DNA of 64,000 nt, taken from the NCBI RefSeq assembly GCF_009914755.1, contig NC_060932.1, one strand, 5' to 3'. This document shows, piece by piece, positions 12,493-27,542 of the stretch. The position numbers and the translations under genes were made by a program. Origin of the DNA: the human T2T-CHM13v2.0 reference genome, Homo sapiens. The notes beneath the pieces are model-generated. The model did not search any database and had not been told where the DNA came from. It saw only the letters and a list, made by a program, of their open reading frames with translations. Position 1 is the stretch's first letter, and each line of letters begins with the position of its first letter.

Positions 12493-13565
12493 TTAGATGA
12501 GTGCAAAAGTAATTGCAGTTTTTGCATTGTTGGAATTTGCCATTTGATATTGGAATACACTTTTAAATAAATGTGGTTATGTTATACATCATTTTAATTG
12601 GCATTTCTTGCTTTACGTTTTTTTGCTAGTGACTTATTACTTGCTGTTTATGTTTATTTTAGACTGTGGAAATGATGTTAGACTAAAAGCAAATTCAAGC
12701 AGTTTTCTTATTTGAGTTCAAAGTGGGTCATAAAGCAGCAGAGACAACTCAGAATATCAACAATGCATTTGGCCTAGGAACTGCTAAGGAACGTATGTGG
12801 TGGTTCAAGAACTTTTGCAAAGGGGACGAGAGTCTTGCAGATGAGGAGTGTAGTGGCGGGCCATTGGAAGCTGACTACACCGGTTGAGAGCAATCACCAA
12901 AGCTGATCCTCTTACAACTACACGAGAAGTTGCCAAAGAACTCAGCGTCAACTATTCTATGGTTGTTGGGCATTTGAAGCAAATTGGAAAGGTGAAAAAG
13001 CTCGGAAAGTGGGTGCCTCATGAGCTGACCGAAAATCAAAAAAATCGTCATTTTGAGGTGTCATCTTCTCTTATTCTATGCAACAACAACGAAGCATTTC
13101 TGGATCGGATTGTGACGTGCAACGAAAAGTGGATTTTATATGACAACCAGCAATGACCAGCTCGATGGTTGGACTGAGAAGAAGCTCCAACGCACTTCCC
13201 AAAGCCGAACTCGCACCAAAAAAGTGTAACGGTCACTATTCGGTGGTCTGCTGCCAGTCTGATCCACTACTATTCAGCTGTCTGAGTCCCAGCGAAACCA
13301 TTACATCTGAGAAATATGCTCAGCAAATCTTTTTGCAGGGAAAGCGCTTCCATAACCAGCGGGATGCGGAAAATGCTTTCCAAGAGTTTGTCGAATCCCG
13401 AAGCACGGATTTTTACGCTACAGGAATAAACAAACGTATTTCTCATTGGCAAAAATGTGTTGATTGTAATGGTTCCTACTTTGATTAATAAAGATGTGTT
13501 TGAGCCTAATTATAATGATTTAAAATTCATGGTCCAAAACCGCAATTACTTTTGCACCAACCTGA
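12493..13565 (+). mobile_element. HSMAR1 mariner transposon, both TIRs present, internally deleted, transposase inactivated
   Basis: TIRs ttagatgagtgcaaaagtaattgc and gcaattacttttgcaccaacctga; translated fragments DPLTTTREVA, KWVPHEL, IVTCNEKWILYDN, FLQGKRFHNQ, WQKCVDCNGSYFD; start ATG mutated to GTG; stops and frameshifts. Confidence 0.97.
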
Positions 13566-13769
13566 CAATTGATTTGTAACATTGACAAAATATTATTTTT
13601 AAAAATTCAAGCAGTTCAGAAATGTATAAAGAAAAAAATCTCATCCAGAAATGGCTAATTGGATGAATTTCATCTCTGCATATGTAAAGTGGAAGGATAG
13701 ATGAATGGAAAAATTAACCTTTAGTAACTGAGATCAAACTATATGTTCATAGCATTATAGAATATGTCA

Positions 13770-13963
13770 GGGCTTAAAATCTTGTATCTGCCACTTTCTA
13801 GTGAATAGACATATGACTTAGCTACATATGCCTCATTCCTCATTCAGTAATGAAGATACTACTTACAGTATTTTTGTGGGGATTAATGGAAGTAATCCAC
13901 ATACAGCACTTAGAAAAGTACCTAGAACATAATAAATACTCCATAAATATTAGCTCTTATTAT
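13770..13963 (+). mobile_element. MIR SINE
   Basis: tctgccactttctag...gcctcattcctcatt...gcacttagaaaagtacct...aaatattagct. Confidence 0.75.
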
Positions 13964-15449
13964 TGTCTGATTATTAGCACCCTAATGACATTGATTCAAA
14001 CCTAAATTATGTTTCTTATCTCCGCTGTCTCCCTTTCCTTCTCATTCTGTTGTTTTGTTATCATTTTTGAGAGATTTATTTTCTCATTAGGGTGTTCTAA
14101 AGGGAGAAACACTCATGATGGATTGTTTTTAGTTCCTTGACAGAATGCATTTAAAAATCATCTCTTCGCCTCCCCTGCCCTGGGACCCTTGCCTGCTTGC
14201 CTCGCTATTCCTTTTCACTTTGCTCATGCTTAACTGCTCATTTCTGTTTTCTGCTTTCTCTGATATGGCATGGATGACTTCCCTTTCACATGTCTTCTGC
14301 ACATATCGGCATTCCATTCCTTTTCCTCACACCAATGTTTTAATGCTGAGTACTTACTGTTGTGTGCACCCTTTCATGGCCTGAGGGTGGCCACCTGTGA
14401 GAAGAGGGGGACAGCTCAGCCGAGCCTCTGTGCAGTCCTGGCTGGAGTACTTGCTCTATGCTCTGCCATCCTAGGCTTAGAGAAATGATCTGCCATACTT
14501 GTGTTCACTCTACTTAGTGGGCGAAAGAGATTCTCATTCCTGCCGGAATGCTCCTTTGCTTTAGATCACTTCTCTGTTCAGCATGGTGCCTGGAGTTCTT
14601 CATCACCATCTGACTGCGCTCCCATTTTCCACTCCCTTGTTTTTTGTTTCTCTTAATGCCTCCCCACCAGTCAGAAGCGAGAAAAGGAAGAAATGAGGAC
14701 TCCTTTGCCTCCCTTTAGATTTTCAGCTATTAGTGAATAATCTCAGGCCCTGGTCAACTCACCAGTCTGATTTTGTATGACACAGGGGCTGGGGGGAGGT
14801 GCTTAGGTATTGCATAATACCAGAATCTTCCTTCTCTTGGCTTGTTCTCTCCTTTTTAAAATCAATAGCACTTAGTTATGATCTTTTCTTTGTTCAGTTA
14901 CTTTTTAATTCTGTCTTATTTGGGGGGCAGTTTTGTTAGGCTTTGGAGGAGGGAGAGTCTATGGTCTGGTTTTATTCTTCCAACTTTCCCTGGAACTCTC
15001 TACTAATGATATTTTTATTAACATGCTAGCACTTGGCAGAATTAGTTATTACTAAGAAGACACAGGGTTTGTGTCTTAATCAAATTTTGCCTGTGTGATA
15101 CACACTAGCAACTGAATGAGTGAATGAATGATTCAACTAACAAAAATTCTCTATTTTAACTCCTTGTCTTCATAACACTTGAGCCCTAACCAAATATTCA
15201 GGTAGGTCTAGAATAAACATTAACCCAGATTATTTTTTATTTAAAATCATCAACATGGACTGGATAACCATAAAGCCAGAGGAGCTCAGCTCAATTAGCA
15301 CTGTTCCTTCAAGATTCTAAATTTTACCTTAACTAGTCAAAGTGACCTTCACTTGCTTTTCCAGCACACAGTGCTATCTTCTGCAAAAAGTAGGAAAAAG
15401 GAAAATTTGCATTACTTGTCACTGGGTGGAAAACAAATTTAGAAAGAAA

Positions 15450-15735
15450 TAAAACGCCAATTCAGGTATTAGGAAGTAGTTAACAAAGAAGGGAACATCC
15501 TCTCACTAGTATACATGGAACTATTAAGAATTATATTTATAGCATAATAATATGGTGTCAACTATGTAAAGTAAGTATATACATCTATTCATAGTATAGA
15601 AAAATAAAGCAAAATATTTTAATATTATCTTTATATTAAATAATTATGGGGATTATGGGGATTTTTGTTTTCTAAGTTTGCTACATTTTTTGAAATTTCT
15701 ATATTATATTAGCTATTCAATCAGTAAACAGAATC
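15450..15735 (+). mobile_element. Old L1M 3' UTR fragment
   Basis: atacatggaacta...gggattatggggattttt...aaatttcta pattern typical of L1MC/ME 3' ends. Confidence 0.45.
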
Positions 15736-17149
15736 CATAAAGTATTATTTAAAGAAAAAGTAATTTTGTCCAGTGCAGCATTTTCAAATGCAAAATGAGA
15801 CAGAAAGATATAATTTAAAAAGAACAACCCTCTCAACATCCTAAGACTAAATCTTATTTTTTTCTGACATATAGATTCAGCCATTTATTCCCTACTAAAG
15901 TAGTCATTATAATGCACCAAATATGAGTAAGAAAAACCTTTTGTGTGACAAAGCCAATTCTGTGAAATTGTCTGATGATGACTTTGGTGAGAACTAACAG
16001 GTCTGCCAATATACCCTCCTCTCCATTTGTCATTCAGCTAGATATTTAGGTTCTTTCAGAGGGCTGTTTTTACCCTAAGGGCCAATTTCATTAAAAAAAA
16101 AAAAGGAAGAAAATATGCAGATGAATTTTATGATTTTCCTGTCCTTCTTCCACCTCTTAAAAATCAAGCCAAGCAATGCCAATGTTCTACCTTTTGGGGG
16201 TTCGTGCAGATTGCCCCCACACAAATGAAAATCCTGGACTCTGCCTGGTCTTGAAGAAAGCTCCTGCTTGTCCAAAGAAAGGCATGAAATTAGAAGTTGA
16301 CAGAGATTCTCATTCAGGAAAGAATTGTCACCATTTTTGCTGTGCTCCGGCCAGAACAACATATGGCAGCCCAGATGACAAATATAATCTTTTCCTCTTT
16401 TTTCCCATTTCACATGCACATTTCATCTGTGGAATATTAAAACTTCACACAAAGTGCCTGTTAACCCCTTGGCACCATAGCATCCCTCGTCTGGGATGTG
16501 CTATTTACCAGAACCCTGGCATCCAGCTGTGAGAGGGTTAAGACCAACAGAAAGAGACCCGGGTGGTCAGAGGCCATCTGACTCTTCCCTGCCTCCATTA
16601 GGAAGGGCCGAGTCTCAGCATGTTGGGGCGGAGTTGTCTTCGTGTTAGAAAATTCATAGCTTCCTGGCTTCAGTGTAAACCACCTTGGTACCCTGCATCC
16701 CAGAGCCTTTCAGTTTCCCAATCAGAGGTGTTTTCAGAAGCAGCTGTCCTTACATTCTGCTGTCCACGGGGACCCCAAATCCAGCATGCTCTCCACCCGA
16801 GAAGCACGCTGCTGGCCCCAGTCTTGATGGAAGAAAGCTTGCACATGTGATTTAAATAGAAAAGGCAACTTTGTTAAAGTTCTCAACCTCCCTCCCTAGA
16901 CATAAGCATTGGGTTGAGGCTTAGGTATCTTTGTTGACAGAGACAAGGTAGGAGTCCTGCACAAACCCTGCTATATTACACTGCCAAACCCCCCAGTAAA
17001 CCCAAGCATCCCAAACCACTCCTGATGAGCTGTTTCTAAGTATGTGTCAATGTGTGATTTTCTGACTCCTACCTATTGTCTCCTTTATATTTGGAGTTTT
17101 TAATTTAGGAAAATTGCCTGGCATAAAATAAGGCACTAATATATATTAG

Positions 17150-18205
17150 TTGAATATATTCCAAATGTACAAAAACTGCAGAAAATGATATACGACAAAA
17201 TCCATGGATTCACCACTGAGATTAAGTAGCTGGTACCATTTTGCCATATATGCATCAAATGACTCTCTCTTTTTTAAAAAATAAGATGATTACAGTTTCA
17301 GGAATATCTGACCACATTCCGCACTCCTCCTCCACCAAGTAACCACTATTCTGAAATTTGCATGCATCATTGCCTTGCAAGTGTTCATAACACACATGAA
17401 GGTATTCATAAGAAATGTATACACTAGTGTTTTGTCTCTTTAAAATTTTCCATGGGTAGTATCATGCTATATATTACAGAATATTTACATATTTTTTGTA
17501 CTTAACAGTGTCAAGTACATATTTTGTACTTAACAGTGTTTCTTTTTGCAATTTATTCAGTTGATAGATACTTACAAACGTAGGTCACAAATTTAAATTG
17601 CTGTATACTTTCTCATCATTTCAATAAACAAAACTTTACACATTCCCTTATTAAGGGACAGTTGGGTAATTTCACGTTTGTGCTATTACAAACAAATCCT
17701 TCTTTGAACATCCCTGATCATGCATCCCATGTATCTACGCCAGATAGATGCCTTATGTATCTATGTCAGATATCCTCCAGGGTGGACACTAGGAACTAAA
17801 ACTGCTTGGTCCCAAACCCTGAGGATTTCAGTTTTATTAGATTGACAAATTGGTTATTCCAATTCTTGTTTTCATTATCAATTATAAAAATGTCTGTTTC
17901 CACATTCTCACCAACATTTGCAAACAAACATTAATTTTTGCGAAATTGGTATGTAGCATGTAGCTGGTAGTTTATTGTTGGTTTAGCTTTCAGCTCCCTA
18001 ATTATTAGTAGGATACAGCAGCTCTTCTTATGGTTATTAGATATTTGTTTCATCTTCTTTGTAAATTACCTTTGCCATTTTTATTTTAAATTGTTTGCCT
18101 TTTTCTTATCAATTCATAGAAGTTCTTTATAAATGAAAGTATTAAAATCATCTTTTCCAAATCAGTCAATAGCTTATCTTTTTACTTTGTTTTGGCTATC
18201 CATAA

Positions 18206-18244
<39 letters not shown>

Positions 18245-18420
18245 TAGATAGATACCCAAATATATATAATATATATTCAGATAACATATATAGATATATG
18301 TTATTATTATTATTATTTAATGTCATCAAATTTATGCCTGTTTCATGGTTTGTACTTCTTGAGTCTAATTTAGGAAGTTTTTTCCCATACCTCAATGATA
18401 AACAATATACACACCTATGT
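17150..18420 (-). mobile_element. Old L1 (L1ME-like) 3' region
   Basis: T-rich antisense L1 text: aagtaaccactattctgaaattt, tgctattacaaac, cacattctcaccaaca, ttttgccatttt...agttctttata. Confidence 0.7.
18207..18254 (+). repeat. (TAGA/GATA)n microsatellite
   Basis: About 9 perfect plus further interrupted tetranucleotide units seen directly. Confidence 0.95.
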
Positions 18421-18429
18421 TTTTTTATA

Positions 18430-19111
18430 CAGTCAGTTCTGCTGTTGTACTGGTTTTGAAAACAAGTAAATTTGTTCCAAGACTATTGATATAATAAAAA
18501 ATATGAGCATAACACAAATTTCCAATTTGGTTCTGTGCTATTTTGTTAGTGAGAAGCACTTAGTGAATGCAGAGAACTACACACAGCTTAACCAAGCCAT
18601 ACTGGAATTCACAAAATGCACACACACGTGTCTCCATATCTACCAGTTACCTCAGTAGCTTATAACACCATATATGGATAGATGTGTTATGAGCCACATC
18701 TAGCCATATCTGGTGTGCTATGAGACACATCTAGCCATATCTGGTGTTATAACCTTTCATCAGACTTCATATAATCCTCCCTTTACTGCTTCACAATATA
18801 TCACCAGCTGAAACTCTCTGATGTCCGGTCTCACAATCAACTTTTTAGCTTGTTTCAAGAAGTGCCATGTTTATTGTAGTATTTTTGTATGTTATCATCA
18901 TTTAAAATGTGAAAAACTGTGCTTTTAGTTATCTTTTTCTATCTTTCTTTTTTTATGTAACTGCTGACGTTTTTGAGTGTTGAGAAGTTTTAAGTTTGAG
19001 TATTATCCCACTGACCTCATTTCTCCCCTAAGCCCTGTACTTTTACTGTGAGATTTTACATGGTGGAGTAATTTTTAGGAATGCATATGTGGTGGGCTAG
19101 CAAACAGACCA
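18430..19111. mobile_element. TcMar-Tigger non-autonomous element (Tigger8-like), nested in old L1
   Basis: TA-flanked ends cagtcagttctgct...tagcaaacagacca; about 680 bp; subfamily name uncertain. Confidence 0.7.
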
Positions 19112-19114
19112 TAT

Positions 19115-22100
19115 GAAGCTTGTAGTCTTGCACTTTATGTTTAGATCTTTAATCCATCTGCAATTTACTTTTATGAGTATTGTATGATTGACATTATTTT
19201 TTTCCAGGAATAAAAAGCTACTTAGCCTCCATTTTAATTATTAAATGTTTCTTTTACTTTTCTTGCCTTATTTCACCAGCTAGGACCTCCAGTAGAAAGT
19301 TATATTAAAGTAGAAATCAATGATATCATTTACTTGTTCATTAATTTGAATGCTTCTCAAGTTGTATGATTTAAAATGTTGTTTATCCTAGGTTTTTGTT
19401 AGATGTATTTTCTGAGGATAAGGAAACTCTTTTTTATGCATAGTTTACTAAACAAGATTATTGTAAATCATTGTTGAATTTTATCGGTTACTTTTTCCTA
19501 TATCTATCAAGATGCCAATATTCTTTAATGTCTCAATTCAATGATTTATAATATTGAATTTGTTTAGTGTTAAATTATCTTTGTTTTCTTGGGATAAATC
19601 AAAATCGACTATAAAATAGATATATGTGATATGTGTGTGATATTATGCATATGGTATATTTTTCTACAGTTTTATTTCAGTATACTTTAGATAAAATAAA
19701 ATTTATTCTTTTTAACTCTACAGTTTGATGATTTGGGAAGCTATAAGCTATATATAGTCATGTGACCACCACCATAATAAAAAAATTTCATAATGCCACC
19801 AAATTTTTGTCTTCCTGCAGTTTTACTATGAGGTGTCTTGCTGTGGTTTTATTACAGTTTATCATACATGGATTTCATTGAGCTTCTGGGAGCTATAAGT
19901 TAATGTTCTTAACCAAATTTGGGATATTTTCATCCTTTATATCATCAAATAATTTTTTTGCACAACTCTCTCTTCTCATTCTCAACTCCAATAACATGTA
20001 TGTTAGAATTATTGATATTGCCTAAAAACCTCTAAAACTGTTTATTTTTCTTTAATTTTTTTCTTTTTATTTTTTGGATTATGCAATTTCTATTAAACTA
20101 TCTTCAGGTTCACTTATTTTCAGTGATAATCAATTTATCCTGTGTATTTTTTATTTTAGTTATTATAGTTTTCAGCTATAATATCCATTTGGTTTTTTTC
20201 ATAGTGTCCATTTTGCTGTTGTGATTCCCTATTGATTCTATCATTTTTACTACATTTTGCTTTAATTATTTGAACATATTTTAATATACTTCTTTAAATA
20301 TATTTATAAATCAGCTTTAACACTTTTGTCTGCTAAATCCAATATCTGGGCCCACTCAGAGTAAGTTTCTATAGATTGTGTGTTTTTTCCCCTGAGTGAA
20401 GGTCACAATTTTCTATTTCTTTCAATGTCTAGTAAGTTTAGTCAGAACTTAAAGTTGCAAATAATAAATTGGAGATTTGTTCTTCTGACAACTGGCAATT
20501 CACTTCCTGGATTCCAACTGAAGTATCTGTTCTTCCCATGGTATACAGTCACTGAGGTCTCTGCTCAGATTTTTTCTTCCAGCTTTGATTTTTAGCCTGG
20601 TCCCTTAGTGATCTTTCCTACTCCCGAGTGACTTAATGATCAGCCACGGATTTGGGAGGAGATATACTCAGTCTGAGCTTCATGCTGGTTAAGGAATGCA
20701 ATCTTTCAATGTCTCAGCAAACTCCCACTCTCATCTGAAGCACTCTTGCCTTTCAAGGATACACTTCTATGTTAGATTGCTTTTTGTCTGGGCTCCTGGG
20801 GAATCTCTCATGTACATGAATATCTTAGCAGACAACTGGAGATTCGGGCAGAATTTTCTCTTAGGTTGTCAATCTCAGTTTTACTAAAATACCTTTATTT
20901 TGCCTACAATCTTGATTTATAATTCAGATATGTGTTAAATTCTAAGTTGACAGGATTTTTTTCCCAGCATTTTGAAGATGATATTCCATTGTTGTCTACA
21001 TTCTACTGTTACTGATTAGAAATCTGTCATCAGTTTAACTTTTTTTCATTTTCTGAAAATCTGTCTACTCCCTCTGGCTACTTTTATGATCTTCTCTTTG
21101 TCTTTGGAGTTCTGTAGATTCAATATGATATATTCATGTGGATTTCTTTTATTTATCTTGCTTGGAATATAATGTGTTTCTTGAATTGGTGGCCTCATAT
21201 ATGTATTTCAGTTCTGGAAAATTCTCATTGCCTTTTTAAAATATTGCCTCTTCTCTTTTAACCTCCTTTTCTGGAATTCCTGTTAAATATATATTGATCT
21301 TTCTAATTCTGTTCTCCACATTTTCAAAACATAATTTTATATGTGTATCTATTTATATCTCCAGATCATATTTTAGATAATTGAATTATTTTTCTTCTTT
21401 CTATTTCAGACATGTCTTTTAGTTTGCTAATTGTTTCTTCAACTTTAGTTATTCAAATAACTTATGAAAGGATTAATTGAATCCTTTTGTTTTCTGATCA
21501 TTTGAATCATACCAATCTCCCCCAAAAGATGATAGGTCCCATGATATAGGATCTCACAATTATGTCTCCACTACACAGCACAGACCTACTCATTTATAGA
21601 TGCAAATCAACAGATTTGCCAACACTTAAGTTTTTAATTGAACAGACTGATTTTATTTCTTCTAATTTCTTCTTATCTGTTTATTTCTCATGGTACTTTT
21701 TTCTTTTTTGGATCTTTTTTACATCTTTAATACCAATAAATATGTAGTCTCCAACAGATTGCTCAACTAAGGAGCTAATAATCTTCCTGTTTATGTGTGT
21801 ATGTGTGCATGTGTGTTGGATGACTCTTGTTCATTATGGATTATTTTCTTTCATGTTTTATAATTTTGGATTATGAGCTCATCTATACTGAGGTTTTCTT
21901 CATGGCAATTCTATGTGATATGAGTTGAGAAAATATCCCCCAGAGTTTAATATTTGCTGCATTCTGATACCAAATTTCGTGTTGATTTATTGGCTTAAGA
22001 GTACATAAATAATGCCAAGAGTATAACTGTGAATTCCAACCCTTCATGAAGTTTAATCTTGGGGTTTTACATTCTTATAGATAAATTATTATTATTTCAA

Positions 22101-22490
22101 ACAAAGCCCAAGAATGTTCAATCAACTTCTTCTTATTCTTTTTTTCTTTTTTGTCTCTTGGTAATAATAGGTAGATTTTTTTTCTAGTTATCAGTTTCAT
22201 TGATAATGTAGTCTGAACTTTATGCAGATACCTTAGTTCCAACTCCTCACCTCACACAGTCTTAAGTTCCCATCTTCTGTTTCTGCATGGTTATTAAAAC
22301 TGGCCACTAGATGACTGAGTTGGATAACCCCTCCAAAGATAGCCACATCATTTGTTCACACACTTACTGCTTTATTTTAATTTTCATAAGAATTTCCAGC
22401 CCTTGAGAATAGTAATTTTATTTACTGAAAGCTCAGTTATGCATATAAATATGTGTTGTTGTAGTTTATCCAGCATATACAAATGTTTTT
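19115..22490 (-). mobile_element. Patchwork of old L1M fragments (ORF2, ORF1/5' or HAL1-like)
   Basis: tttagatctttaatccatctg, gctaggacctccagta, aaatttgggatattttca, ttctggaaaattctc, tgctaaatccaatatctggg are antisense L1M hallmarks. Confidence 0.7.
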
Positions 22491-22539
22491 AGCAGATAAA
22501 TTTTTTGGTCATTTGTCTTATTAGAACCAGAATTCCCAT

Positions 22540-24265
<1,726 letters not shown>

Positions 24266-24399
24266 TAATAAAGACATTGAAGAAGAAAGTATTGTAGTAG
24301 TGGTATTTTCTCAGAGCCAGAGAACTGAAAAACTCCCTGAGATCGTGAGCTCTCAATGTTTGTTTGCAAAAGGACTTGATGAGTGAAGGAAAACAGCAT

Positions 24400-24600
24400 T
24401 TTTCCTGAGTGTCCATAATGTACCAGGTTCTTTCACACATTCTATCTCATTTAATCCTCACACAGTTGTTTGAGGTGGATGTTATTTTACTTAATTCATG
24501 GAAGTTAGTAATTTGAACAAGAAGCATAAAGATTAAAAGGGGAAGATCCAGACTTGGAACAAATTCTCTTCAGTCTCCTTATTACAAGTAGGGAACTCTT
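24400..24600 (-). mobile_element. MIR SINE
   Basis: atctcatttaatcctcacac...gaggtggatgttatt. Confidence 0.65.
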
Positions 24601-26347
24601 TCCAACAAAGCAATGCTCCCTTCTAAAAAATGGTTAAATTGTAAGAAGTGCTTTATGGCATCTAGATATTGGAAACACATGACACTTTTTCTGATCTTCT
24701 TTTTCATGGGCACCCACAGTTTCTAGTAAAATTCAGCAGCATAACATGTTAGCCTATGCCTAGACATGAGATGCAGCATTGAAACATACTTGTGAAAGAT
24801 GCATTTTCTAATACCTCAACATTTCTTGGCTAAACCTAATTCATAATTAACTTGTTAATGTTTTCTATGTTCTTAATATTGTTCATCTTATAGATGCTTA
24901 GACTGTTGAAATAAAATAATTTACAAGATTTTGGATAAGGGAGCTCAGAGAATTTTGACACCATGTGAAGCAAAGCCTTTGAGATAGAGTGAAGAGATGT
25001 AAAACAATAAAGCATATGATGTCTTGTTCAAGTCCAGCCATATCCTGATAGAAAACTAATACAAAGAATACAAGCTGAGGTTGAGTTTAGAACTAAGTCT
25101 ATTTTCAGCAATTGGAAAATTTATATATTTGAACATATTTGACCTTTATTGCTTATTGCTTTTTTGTATGGAAGGAAAAAAAAAGCCTTCATTTAAAACT
25201 AATTGTTATGATGATCACAAATCTGTTCAAACTCCTTATAGCCAAGTTACTATCTCCCTTAGGTAAATTGGTTCTCGGGATTCTGAATTAACAAAATAAC
25301 CTTTGTAGCCTTTTTTCGCATTAAACAGGTTGGAACTGTTTGAATCCTGAAGTGTTTTGGACCCATTGCCCCTGGGGAGGCTGTGAAGAAGCTAATCCTG
25401 CGTTGCCCTCAACACACACCTCTCACCACTCAGGGAAGTTGCAGGTTTGCACGCAAAAGGTCACTATACATCTTTGTCTGCCTCCAACAGCCTTGGTTTA
25501 GGCCTATTTTCCCAGTGTAATTACTAAGTGGTGTTCCCTACATTCAAAATTATCCCAGTCTGGACAATAATGTGTATAGAAATCCACCCATACCATCCTA
25601 GAAACCATGTTCTGGCAAAACACCTGGAGAGAAAAACTAAACATTTTCTGAGAAAGAAGCTATCAATCAAATCTAGCCCTTCATGGAAGCAGAAAGTCAG
25701 CTTGCAGCTGATGATCCTTTTCATCTTATCTGCATAGATGAACGGCCTCTCTCTGTTGAACACAAATAAAATGTAAAGCTACACATATCCCTGGAGGAAA
25801 GGTACAATGGCATTCTTCATAGCTTGTCAAAGATTGACCCTCATGCTCCTTACTAGACAAACTGACTACTAAGAAAGCAGACAAATTTATATAAAGGTCA
25901 AGGGGCCTTCTAGGGGGGAAGAGATTAAAATTCTGTCCTCTTCTTTTTTGGGAGTTCAATCACACTATACTTCTCTGATGGGTTAAAGTGCTTCTAGGTG
26001 AAGTTTGCTGGCAGGAAAAAAAAAACCCTAAGGGCCTTAAAGGTAAGTGTTTCATAAAGGAACAAGGATTATAAATTGGGGATCTAAAATCAAAATCAAG
26101 CCCTTGAAGTTCAAGAGTGAGGAGGAAGTTTCCAAACAGTAGCATGATGCTTGTACCTCAGAAATGGCAGCGCATGTAAAATATAGATTAAGGCCTTTAA
26201 CCTGATAGGGTGAAAACCTTATAGGGCAGTGGATGAGGATAGAATAAACTAGACAGCATGAGCTTTCAGCAGCCTGAAATCAAGATATCTAGAACTGAGA
26301 CCTCTTGGTAGACTGATGAGAAATTCTAGTTCTTTCCTTGCCTAGGA

Positions 26348-26681
26348 CAGTCATACATCACCTAACCATAGGGACACATTCTGAGAAATGTGTTGTTAGG
26401 TGATTTCAATATTGTGCAAACATCATAGAGGGTGTTTATACAAACCTAGATGGCATAGCCTACTACACATACACATCTAGGTTGTTTGGTATAGCCTATT
26501 TCTGCTAGGCTATAAACCTGTATAGCATGTTACTGTACTGAATACAGTAGGCAATTGTAACACAATGATAAGTATTTGTGCACTAAACACAGAAAATGTG
26601 TAGTCAAAATATATTTAACCTCATAAATCATCATTTACACCATCCGTTGTTGACCAAATGTTACTATGTGGTTCACGACTC
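26348..26681. mobile_element. Tigger3a (MER7A/Golem_A)
   Basis: cagtcat...ttctgagaaatg...acaaacctagatgg...agcatgttactgtactgaata...gactc(ta); about 335 bp. Confidence 0.88.
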
Positions 26682-27542
26682 TATTTGGAAGCACAAGTTA
26701 CCTTTTGAGACTGAGTAATGCCTAGGGTTCTTCGATAATTCAGGTACCAAAAAAAAAATCACTAGAGGCAAAAATGTCCTTTCCGATAAAATGAGTAGAG
26801 AAAGGAGATTTCATGATTAATTGGGAAAAGTAAATGAGATATGACTATATTGTTCCCCAGAGAAAAGGATACAACTCCAAACCATCATTACTCACATGTG
26901 AGACAGTCAGGGCATTTTCAAATGTTTAAAGAATAAACAATTGTTTATGAGGAATGGAAGAAGCCTTTCATACATGGTATCTGAAGCAAAAAGGCCATTG
27001 CTCTAACCAGCGTCCTTCACAGTCAAATCTCCCCCATCGAAGTCCTATGGACTTCAATTTCTGACATAGAGGCAGCCATATGGAGAGAGAAAACCAGTTA
27101 TAGAGACATTTTCAACTCTGACAAGAAATCTGCTTCATGGAAGAATATAAGCAGGGAAGGCCTAATTAGTAAGTGTAACACTGGCTCCTTAATTAAAATC
27201 TCCCTTTAGATTCAATCTATTCCATGGAATGACATGTAATAATATTGAGTTACAGTTATGAATGACTCTGTCCAAATGTTTTCATCTTTGATTAAGATAA
27301 GCATTGCCCATAGAGAAACAATCTTCCCAAGTTAAGTCATCTATGAATGAAGTCTTAGCAAATCGTTTTATTTGGGAGCTCCTGTGAGTATTGCCTACCA
27401 GAGGATATCTTGAGTGCACACTTTTCAAAAAGCTACCAAGTGAGATGAGGTGTTCAGCGCTATTACCACCCACACTTCAACAAAAGGAAAATATATGCAC
27501 AGGTATACCTACATATATAGAGTAAAAGATATCCCTCCTTTT

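Noticed and set aside
12884-13488. Mariner transposase ORFs as the SETMAR gene or an active transposase
   Set aside because: No SET domain; both TIRs present; start codon lost; stops, frameshifts and catalytic-core deletion
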